From Paramoeba atlantica (Eukaryota; Protista; Discosea): a stretch of DNA of 64,000 bases. How positions within the stretch are numbered: the first letter of the stretch is position 1; every line of letters begins with the position of its first letter. The stretch lies in the NCBI GenBank assembly GCA_977017575.1, contig CDRNVI010000153.1, positions 62,001-126,000 on the forward strand. The letters are read 5' to 3'. Below, piece after piece: positions 23,438 through 33,550 of the stretch. Both the position numbers and the translations under genes were made by a program. Under the pieces are notes generated by a model. That model made no database searches. It was not told where the DNA came from and saw only the letters and a program-made list of their open reading frames with translations.

Positions 23438-24299
23438 ATGGGGAATGGTCTCCAAAAAAGAGAAGAAAAGGAAGAAGAAGAAAGATTCTTTCGACCATCA
23501 CAGATGGCGATTGCATTGGAAGGTTCTGATAAAGTTGGGAAGAGTTCCCTCCTTTCTCGCTTTGTCCTAGTTTTGTTTCTTTTCTTTTTTCTTTTTCTCT
23601 TTTTTTTTTTGGAAAGTATTTTGAAGAATTATTTTCTTTTTCTTTTTCTTTTTCTCAGAATTATTTAGTGGATGAAGAGGATCGAGCAATTGGCGAAAAG
23701 TTTGAATTTTGTTCTTCTCTTTAATCTTCTCTTTCTCTTTTTTCATTCTCAAGTTCAGCAATCACAGTTACCGAAAACGAATCATTTTGTCAGCTGATGA
23801 ACAACCACTTCTATTTGAGATACCTGGTTTTCCTTCTCTCTTTCTTATCAATCATTCATTTCAAAAAAAAATAATTTTTTAAAAGAGAGATATTCTATTT
23901 TTTTCAGATACAGAAGGAGAAGGCTTTTTAGTCTTAGAGATGATGCGGAGAAAAGAGATCAATGAAGATGCAAGAGGATTCTTCTTTGTTTTTTCAATCA
24001 CTTCCCAAGAATCTTTTGATGAGATCGAACCCACCATTCAAATGATAAAAGGTATGAAAGAGCACCCAATTGAAAGAATTGGAATTTTGATTGGAAACAA
24101 AGTTGATCTTGAAGACGATCGACAAGTCTCAAAAGAGAAAGGAGAGGAATTGGCCAAACGTTATGGGATCCCTTTCTTTGAAACAAGTGCAAAGACAGGA
24201 GAGAATGTTGAAGAGATGTTTCAAGCTCTTGGATCATTGGTTATTTATGGAGACCCTTTTTACCGATCCTGTAAAAATATTAAGTCAGCAAAGAGATGA
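23438..24299 (+). CDS. Ras-like small GTPase, copy 10 (GSDKVGKS / EDRAIGEN / DTEGE)
   Basis: In frame when spliced at homologous sites. Confidence 0.8.
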
Positions 24300-24747
24300 C
24301 AATTGTGATTGTTTGTTTCAAAAAGATTTGAACACAAAAGTTTTTTTTGTGATAGAAGAGATTTTTTTTTGGATGGCGGATTCAATCTTTGCCATTTTCA
24401 AATTGATGTTTCTCAGGATCCTTTCATGAAAGAAGGTTTCTTTTTTGAGAGGGAATCATTATTTAAATTAAACTTCAATAATTATTCTGATTTGAAATAA
24501 TTCAACGTTCTGATGTCCATCAAAACGAGAATTCTCCCTTGAATATACCATCAACACAAAAAGACCACGAGAAAGAAAAGGAGAAATGCCTCGCAGGTGA
24601 AAAGATGCTCCTTTTACGGTGATGAAGAGAGAGAACTTCGAGAGAAAGAATAGGATTTGAGTCCAATTTTTTGTTTTCGCGTTGGTCTTGCCATATTTTG
24701 CCACAACTCCCTCCAACAGAATGGATCTTAACAATTTTAGATTTTCT

Positions 24748-25148
24748 AGCTCTCACACTTGAAAGTCCTCTTTATACCCCACCTGAGATATCTTCGAGTG
24801 AAGATTGGAACAGCAAGCTTCATTGATTGCCCAAGAGCTAAGGTGAGCAATGAAATGAGAATAAAAACGAAGCCTGTGGAACGACCACCACATCAAAGAC
24901 ACCACTTCAACAAATGGCATAACAACCAAACCAGGGATAACTGATATCACAACAATAACCACAATGCCGACAAGTTTTGCCAGATGCCAAAGTAAAGAAT
25001 GACCACTTTCGTTGGATAAATCATCATTGTACCAGGAGCAGTGTGATGATACCATTTGGCGGGAGTGTGGAATTTCGACCAATTTGAATCTGATCAAATC
25101 TCATGACCCCTGTGCTTTCAAATGAATAGGCAGTCACATGTGCACCAC
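24748..25148. pseudogene. Rearranged fragment of the NRPS-like gene's last exon (inverted piece + direct piece with internal deletions)
   Basis: 24748-24830 is the reverse complement of ~5335-5416. 24831-25148 matches ~6281-6700 directly, with deletions (SLLWHLAKLVGIVVIVVISVIPGLVVMPFV). Confidence 0.85.
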
Positions 25149-25399
25149 AAGTTTTGGTACTGACCTTTCCGGGCCTCCCCTTGCAATCAAACGAGAATTC
25201 AATGGCGAGCGAAGAATGAATGAATATTCAATCCATGAAACAAGAGAGCCCAATCCCAGGTAATGGTTTGAGTCAATATGTCCAATAAAATAATAACATA
25301 GAACAATCTCAAAATACGCATTAAACAATTAAATTTGTTGATGTTCTTTTCCAGTCGTCTCACATGCTGAATTGGTTGTTGACATATTGGTTGCCCAAC

Positions 25400-26010
25400 T
25401 TCTTCTTCTCAGCTTACCCACGAGTGTGCCTTGAAAGAAAAAGCTTCAGATACTCTTGAATGGGGTGGCCACTTCTTGGCACAACAATTGAATACCACTG
25501 ACACTACGACAAAGACACAGTCCATTCTGTTTTTCTTCCCTCTGTTGCGCGCAATCCTCCGCTGGCTCCGCCAATGGATGTAACTTGGGTATTTATGTTG
25601 ATAAACACAAGATTGTTGACCAACATCACCTCACAATCCCAACTCGACCAACCCTTGTCAATAAAAACGATTGCCATTTGCCAATTATCAACAACAGGGG
25701 ACCAATTGACCGATGCCAATATTTTTATCGTGTTGATTTCGCGCTTTTGTTTTCTCTGGTTTCTCTTCTTATTGTCTCTTTCTTTTCAATCTTCCTCGAT
25801 TTTGTTCGAATCTTCCTTCAATTTATGCTGACGACTCATATTTATCTTCTTCCAATTAACCCCTTTTACTCCTTTTACTTCTCAACCAGAAAAATGAAGA
25901 GATGTTCTCATTCAACGTCGACCATTGCAATCTTCGATTTTCACCAAAAAAATTCTTTCTCACTCGCACCAAAACCTCAAATTGGTCTGGACTTAACTTT
26001 GTTTCCTTTT
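25400..26010 (+). pseudogene. Probable fossil non-LTR reverse transcriptase fragment
   Basis: Ordered degenerate motifs in shifting frames: EKASDTLEW (~25437), GDQLT…IFIVLI (~25697), SIYADDSYLSS (25824-25835 for YADD), NLRFSPKK (~25925). Multiple stops and frameshifts. Confidence 0.42.
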
Positions 26011-26047
26011 TCTTTGATGTGCAGTTTTTGGGATGGAAAATGTTGTT

Positions 26048-29000
26048 CTAAGGCTTTTGAGAAAGAGGAGAAGGAGAAGAAGTCGGAAGAGAAGAAGGAG
26101 GAGAGAAAGAAGAGGAAGAAGAGGAAGAAGAGGAAGAAGAGGAGGAATTCAATTTACTTTGAAGATCCAAAAGCTTTGATAAATTCGTAGTGCGATTATA
26201 ATGTGGAATTAAAACATGTCCAAGAAAGTGGGGATGGTTTTGGCAGAGATGTCCAATTTGTCTGTACATTCGAATAAAAAATCGATTAATAATCAAAAAA
26301 AAATGAAGAAAAGATTCATTTAATTGAATAAATGAATTAATTAATAAATAAATACATTAATAAATATATACATGAATAAATCAATAAATAAATAATAAAA
26401 ATAAAATAAAATAAAAGGGAATAAATTTAACCTTAAAATATAATCTTGTCGATTCAAAGGCAAATCACGAATCAAAACAACACTTGTCTCACTCAAAACT
26501 TCCACCCAAAAAGAGAACGAAGAAGAAAAAGAAAGAGTCGAGCTCAGAGAAGAGAGAGAAGAGAGAGAAGAAGAGAGAGCCGGAGGAGGAGGAAAGAGAG
26601 AAGGAAAGAGATCGAGGAGATGAACTATCTTTGACAATGATTGTACATTCTAAAAAAAAAAAAGTACAATAAGGGAGAGGAGAAAGAGAAGAGAAAGAGA
26701 AGAGAGAAGAGAAGAGAGAAAAGAAGAGAGAGAAAAGAAAAAGTGGAATAAAAAAATAACCTCTAAAGAAATGAGATGAATCCAGAGACAAATTCTCTCA
26801 TGGAAAGAAAGATTTTTACTTTTGATCCCTTTTTCGAGTACTTCAAATATTAATTCATCTAAAAAAAAAAATGTTTCATAAAAAAATAAGGAATTGAAAA
26901 TTAAAAAAGTAAAATAAAATAAGGAATAATAAATCTTTTCTTGTTCTCTTTTCTTTTTCTCTTTTCTTTTTCTCTTTTCTTTTCTCTCTTCTCTTACTCT
27001 CTCTTCTAAAAAAAGAAAATCAAACCAACAGGTTGAGAAACAACACATCCAACAAAACGAATTAAATTCACAAAACAAAGCCAAGTAAACACATCGACAT
27101 TTCTTTCTCCTTTCTTCCCTTCAATCTCTTTCTCTTCTTGCCCGCTCTCTTGTTCCCTCTCACTCTCTCCTTTCTCTTCTGTACTGACAACTTCCATATC
27201 ACTTTCATCATCACTTTCAGAAGAAGAAAGAGAAGAAGAGAGAGAGAGAGAAGAAGAAGAAGAAGAGAAAGAAAAAGGAAAATATTTTTCTAAAAGAGGA
27301 AAAGTTTCATCTTTTAAAATATCACAAAAAATAGAAAGTGACTCAAATAATTTCTCCATTTGTTCTTTTGATCTTTCTTCTCTCTTCTTCTCTCTTCTTC
27401 TCTTTTCCTTCTCTTCTTTCTCTCTCTCATCTTCAAAAATCAGAGAAGTTAAAAAATCTGAGTCAAGAAAAACAATCGGAGAAGAATCTTCTTTCTTTCT
27501 CTCTCTTTTCTCTTCTCCATCTCTCGCTCTCTCTCTTTTTTCTTTCTCTTTCTCTCTATTTTTTTGTAAACTCAAAAAATAAGAGGTTGTGCTTTTGAGG
27601 TATTTTTGAACAAAACTTTCCTTGTAAGGAAGAGAGAAGAGGTTCTTTGGGAGGAGAAGAGAGAAGAAAGAGAAGAAAGAGAAGAAAGAGAGAAGAAAGG
27701 ATAAAGAAAGAGAAGAAGAGAGGAAGAGAGGAAGAGAGGAAGAGAAGAAGAGATAAAAGAAAGAAGACAAGGAGAGAGAGAAGGAGAGAGAGAATAGGAA
27801 ACGGAGTAGAGGAAGAAAGAAATTAACAAAGAAGAAGAAGGAAAAAAAATAGAAGGAAAAGAAGAAAAGAAAGAAAAGAAAGAAAAGAAAGAAAAGAAAG
27901 AAAAGAAAGAAAAGAAAGAAAGAAAAGAAAAGAAAGAAAGAAGAAAAGAAAAGACCTCAGAAGCGGTTTGGAGCCCACAAATTAAATATTGAATTTGGAA
28001 ATTCAAAAAAATTACAAAATCTCTGTTATTTAAATTTCAAAAAAAAAAAAAAGATTAACAGAAAAGAAAAGAAAAGAAAAGAACAGAACAGAAAAGAAAG
28101 AAAAGAAAAAAAAAAATGGAAGTAAAAGAAAAGAAAGAAAAAAAAGAAAAAAAAGGAAAAAAGGAAAAAAAAGGAAAAAAAAAAAAAGGAAAAAAGGAGG
28201 AAAAAAGGGGAAAAAATGTAAAAAAATTAAGAATTTAAAAAATAAATCCAAAAAAAAACCTTGTTTTAGGACACTTAAAAGGAAACAAAACAAGAGTCGA
28301 ACAAAACTTCAAAACTCCTTCTTTATTTCCTTTTTAACCAAAATTGAGTATTTTTATTTATTTTCTTTTTTTTTGCAAAAGAAAAAAAAGAAAAAAAAGG
28401 AGAGAAAAAGAAAAAGAAAAAAAGAAAAAAGAAAAAAAGAAAAAGAAAAAAGAAGAAGAAAAAGAAAAAAAAAGAAAAAAAGAAAAAAAGAAAAAGAAAA
28501 AGAAAAAAAAAGAAAAAAAAAATTTAAAGAAAATGTAAAAAACCAAAATGAGAATGAAAGAGAAGAAAAGAGCGAAGAATCATCCATTGAGAAGCTCCCA
28601 ATTTTTTCTCCAAAATTGAAACCAATTCTTCTTCTGTTTTTATTTTTTTTTTAATGAAGAATAAATAATAAGAATAAATAATCATAAAATAAAAAATAAT
28701 AAGAAAAATAAAAATAATAAGTAAAAAAAAATAAAAAAAAAATATAATAATAAATAAAAAATAAAAAAAAATAAAAAAAAATAAAAAAAAATAAAAAAAA
28801 TAAAAAAAATAAAAAAAATAAAAAAAATAAAAAAAAATAAAAAAAATAAAAAAAATAAAAAAAAAACCTTTTGATTTTTCAAAAGAAAAATAATTCTTCT
28901 TTCCAACAAACTCAAAAACAAACTCAAAAACAGAACAATGAACCAACAAAGGAACAAAAACTCCAAACATTTCCCCCACTCTCTCTCCCCATCTCTCTTC

Positions 29001-31350
29001 TTCTCCTTCTCTCTCTCTCTCTTCTCTCTCTTCCCCTCTCTCTCTCCTCTCTCTCCTCTCTCTCTCTTTCTCTTCTCTCTCTCTCTTCTTTTTCCCCCAA
29101 TCGATTTCAATGCAATCTAAATTCAAAGAATTGTTCACAAAAAAAGATAAATAAATTAAAAAAAGAAAACAAAATCCGTCGATTGTTGTTTTACAATTTG
29201 GGCAGAGAGAGAGAGAGAGAGAAGAGAGAGAGGAAGAAGAGAGAGAAGAAGAGAGAGAAGAAGAAGAAGGAGAAGAAGAAGAAGAAGAAGAGAGAGAAGA
29301 AGAGGTTAAAAGAGAAGAATGAAGAGAGAAGAGATAAGAGAGAAAGGCCTGGGGAGAAGAAGAGGGAGAGAGATGGAGCTCTTCTATTGAAGCAGAGAGA
29401 GAGAGGAAAGAAGAGAGAGAAGAAGAAGAGAGAGGAGAAGAGAGAGAAGGAGAGAGAGAAGAAAGAGAAACAGATTTCGATAATTTGAGAGCATTTTTTT
29501 CTGTTTCATTTTCGGTTTCTATTTCTTCTTCTTCTTCTTCTCTCTCTTTCTCTTTCTCTTTCTCTTTTTCTTCTTTTTCTTCTTTTTCTTCTTTTTCTTC
29601 TTTTTCTTTCATTTCTTCTTTCTTTCTTCCCTCTCTCTCTTTCTCTCTCTTTCTCTCTCTCTCTTCTCTTTCTCTTTTTTCAAACTCTTTCAAAATCAAA
29701 AGAGAGAGAGAAAGAAAAGAAGAAGAAAACATTTTTTCTCCAAAATTTTCTTCTCTTCCAACAATTAAATCAATTAATTGTAACTTGTTTTCTTTCTCTT
29801 TCTCTTTCTCTCTCTTTCTTTTCTTTTTCGAAGGAGCAGAAAAGGGAAGAGAAGAAGAAGAAGAGAGGGAGAGAGAAGAAGAAGAAGAAGAAGAAGAGGA
29901 ACAGTTTATAACCATAGAACTGAAGGAATTTTCAATGAAATTTCTGGAAAAATCAGATTTTAGCTTTTCTCAAAAATTAATTCACTCATTTGAAAATTTT
30001 TTTTTTAACATTTTCTTTTTCATGTTAAATAAAAAATAAAATTTGGTTTTTTTTAAATTTTATTTGATTGTTATTTTCATTAAAATTCAATATTATTAAA
30101 TTCTTGAACTTAAAAAATAATAAATAAAATAAAACAAAATAAAATAATAAAAATAATCAGAAAAAAAAACCGAAATTCAATATCAGAAAAAGAAGAAAGA
30201 ACATCAAAACGAGAAATATAAAGAATCCAAATCTCTGGACAAGGGACAACCTTCACTGCTGATCTGGAGAGAGTTTTTTTTTGTTTAGTATTTTAAAAAG
30301 AGAAGAGAGAAAAGAGAAAGAGAAAAGAGAAAGAAAGAAAGAAAAAAGAACTTGAAAACTCTTTGTAAAACACGAGAAGAAACAGAAGGATTTCTCAAAA
30401 GTAAAATTCGAATATACAAAGTCCAAAAAATTTTATCTTTTTTGTGTGTTTCCACTATAAAATTATTAGAAAAGAGAGGGAGGGAAGAGAGGAAAGAAGA
30501 GAGAGATAAAGAGAAAAGAGAAAAGAGAGTGAGAGAGAGAGAAAGAGAGAGAGTAAAAGAGAGAGAAAAGAAAACCAGCTCTCGCCAATAAAGGAAGAAC
30601 TTCTTCTCTTAAATTTGGAGAAATTTGTTGTAAATTCATTTGAAAAATCTCTTTTAATCCCATCTTTTTTTTTTGTATTAATTATTTATTAATTATTATT
30701 TATTAATTATTATTTATTATTTATTATTTATTATTCTTTATTAATATATTATTCTTTTATATTCTTTTTATTTTCTTATTTCTTTTCTATTTTCTTTTCT
30801 ATGTTTTATGTTTTGTTATTCAATTTATTTTCTTAACAAATAAAATAATTTATTAAAAAAAAAAAATACCTCATTTTGATTGGGTTTTCTTCCAAACAAA
30901 ATACTCAAAATAGCAAAAAGAAATTCTTCTTTTGTTGTTGTTGCACTAAAAGATTCGGAAACTCCTTCGTGATATCTTGTTTCTGAGGAAGAGAAGGAAG
31001 AAGAAAGGAGAGAATAGTAGAGGGAAGAGGAAAAGAAAAGAAAAAAATAGAAAAAAATAGAAAAGAAGAAAAGAAAAATAATAAGAACCAAAAAAGAAGA
31101 AAAGAAAAAGAAAAAGATGGAATACCAAAAACCTATTAAAAAAAAAATTAGAAAAGAAAAAAAGAAAAAGAAAAAGAAAAAGAAAACAAAAAGAAAAAAA
31201 GAAAAAGAAAAAGAAAAAAAGAAAAAGAAAAAGAAAAAGAAAAAAGAAAACAAAAACAAAAATGAAAAAAAAGAAATGAAAAAATTGAAAAAAATAGAAA
31301 AAAAAAAATAGAAAAAAAAACAAACATTCGAAAATTCATTTTTCTCCCTT

Positions 31351-31382
<32 letters not shown>

Positions 31383-33511
31383 TCTCTCCTTTCTCTTCTT
31401 TCCCTTCTTTCCCTTCTTTCCTTTTCCTTTCTTTCCCCCCTTCTTCGCCCCTCCTCTCTTCCCTCCTCTCTTCCCTTTCTTGCTTCCTCCTTTCTCTTTC
31501 TCTCTCTCTTCTTCTTCTTCTCTTTCTTCTTCCTCTTCTTCTTCTTCTTCTTCTCTCTCTTCCTCTTCTCTCTCTCCAAAAAATGGAATAAAATCATCAT
31601 CTTTTAATTCTGCAAATCCTCTCATTTTCTCTCTCTCTTCCCTCTCTCTTTCTCTCTCTCTTATTCTCTCTCCTTTTCTTTTTCTTTTTCTCTCTCTTTC
31701 TTTTTCCTCTTTCTCTCCTTTCTCTCCTTTCTCTCTTTTCTCTCTTTTCTCTCTTTTCTCTTCTTTCTCTTCTTTCTCTTTTCTCTTCATTATTCCCTCT
31801 TCTTCTTGGACATTACGAACACATTTCTTTTTTGATGGAGGTTCTTTCTCTCTCTTTTTCTCTTTCTCTTCTTTCTCTTCCTCTTCTCTTCCTTTCTTTT
31901 TTTCTTTCTCTTTCTCTTTCTCTTTCCCTTCCTCTCTTTTTCTCTTCAAATTTGTCTCTTTTTCTTCTCCTTCTTTCTCTTTTTCTCTATCCTTTTCTTT
32001 GTCCTGTTTTTTTTGAAGCCTTCGAGGAGCTATAAAAAAAAATTAAAGAAAGAAAGAAGAGAAGAGAAGAAAAGAGAAAAAAAAGGAAAGAGAAAAGAAA
32101 GAAAGAGAAAGAGAGAAGAGAGAAAACCTCTAAAACTTCCCCAACCAGGAGGTTTTTCTTTCTTTCTTTTAGTGCTCAAAGACAAACCAATCTAGAGAGA
32201 GAGAAAGGGAGAGAGGAGAAGAAGAGAGGAGAAGAAAAGAGGAGAGAAAGAAATATCATGTATTAATTATTTTTCTTAAATAAAATAAAAATGAATAAAT
32301 AAATAACAAAAAATAAAAAATAAAAGAAAATAAAAGAAAGAAATAAAAAAAAAAATAAAAATAAAAATAAAATAAATAAAATAAAATAAAATAAAATAAA
32401 ATAAAATAAAATAAAATAAAATAAAATAAAATAAAATAAAATAAAATAAAATAAAATAAAATAAAAAAATCTTTCAACCTGCTTACGATCCCTCAAAGCC
32501 AACAAATCACGAACAACACAAACAAGAGGCTCCCCCCCTCTCAACAACTCCAAATAAAAAGAAGAAAGAGAAAAAGAAAGAGAAAGAAAATGAATAATTT
32601 CTCTCAAAATTCTCTCTGGATCTTGAGTTGCTGTGTATTTGTGGTTTGGTGATAGGTGTTGGAATTCGCATGATGGTGCGTTGCATTGGCTGTTAAGTAG
32701 AGGAGAGAGAGGAGAGAGAGGGGAAAGAGAATGAAGAGAAGAGAGAAAAGAAAAATTTAATTCAAATGAATCCTCAAAAAAACTACAAAAAAAAAAAGAA
32801 AAAGAAAGTAATAAAAAAGAAAGAAAGAAAAGAAAGAAAAGAAAGAAAAGAAAGAAAAAAGAAAGAAAAAAAGAAAGAAAAAAGAAAAGAAAAAAAGAAA
32901 AAAAAAACCCATGAAGTTCAAAACGACAAATAGGACGAATTGGATCAAATCGAACAGAAAATTGTCGAATCATTCTCTCTGCCTCTTCTTCTTCTTCTTC
33001 TTCTTCTTCTTCTCTCTCTTTCTCTTCCTCACTTCTTCTCTCTCCCTCTCCTTTCTCTTCTTGATGAACCCAATAACCTCGAAACATATTCAACGGACTA
33101 ACATAATTAAAAGAAATTTCTCTTTCTCTTTCTTTCATTCCTTCACTCTCCCCTTCTCTTCTTCTCAAAAAAAACATCGCTCTCTCTTCTCTCTCCTCTC
33201 TCTCCTCCCTCTCCTCTCTATCCTCTTCCCTCTCTCTCTCTTCTTCCCTCTCTCTCTCCTCCCTCTCCTCTCCCTCTCCTCTCTCTTCTCCCTCTCTCCT
33301 CTCTCTCAAAACAGAAGAAGAAGAAGAAGAGAGAGTAGAAACAGGATTCCAAAGAAGAAGAAGAAAAGGTTTGTGTGGAGGAAGAGAGAGATGACCAATA
33401 TCTGAAAGGGGACCTTTTGTTGAGATCCCTTTTTTTTCAATCTGAAGAAAGAGAAGAGAAGAAGAGAAGAGAAGAAATTAGAAAAGAAAAAAGAAAAAAG
33501 AAAAAAGAAAG

Positions 33512-33550
<39 letters not shown>

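Larger units (their letters stand above)
11830..24570 (+). repeat. Tandem array of ten ~1.0-1.6 kb Ras gene units with shared introns and spacer blocks
   Basis: Exon 4, introns and upstream modules recur in each unit. Shared spacer blocks: 13017-13200 ~ 14272-14420 ~ 21600-21780; 20130-20340 ~ 24370-24570; 16730-16790 ~ 23190-23240. Confidence 0.95.

Noticed and set aside
12507-24429. Recurrent antisense ORF (MIQELE…) and alternative-frame ORF (METKLILK…) in each Ras unit
   Set aside because: They recur only because exon 4 is duplicated with little divergence; their lengths vary and there is no independent coding signal.
11830-24570. CRISPR-like or cassette-type repeat-spacer interpretation of the recurring AGAGCTCT motif
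   Set aside because: The units are 1-1.6 kb whole-gene duplications in a eukaryote, with no short regular spacers and no cas or recombinase genes.
25660-25740. QLSTTGDQLTDAN resembling viral RdRp motif B
   Set aside because: The T-to-N spacing is wrong and there is no in-frame GDD; the segment fits a decayed non-LTR RT better.
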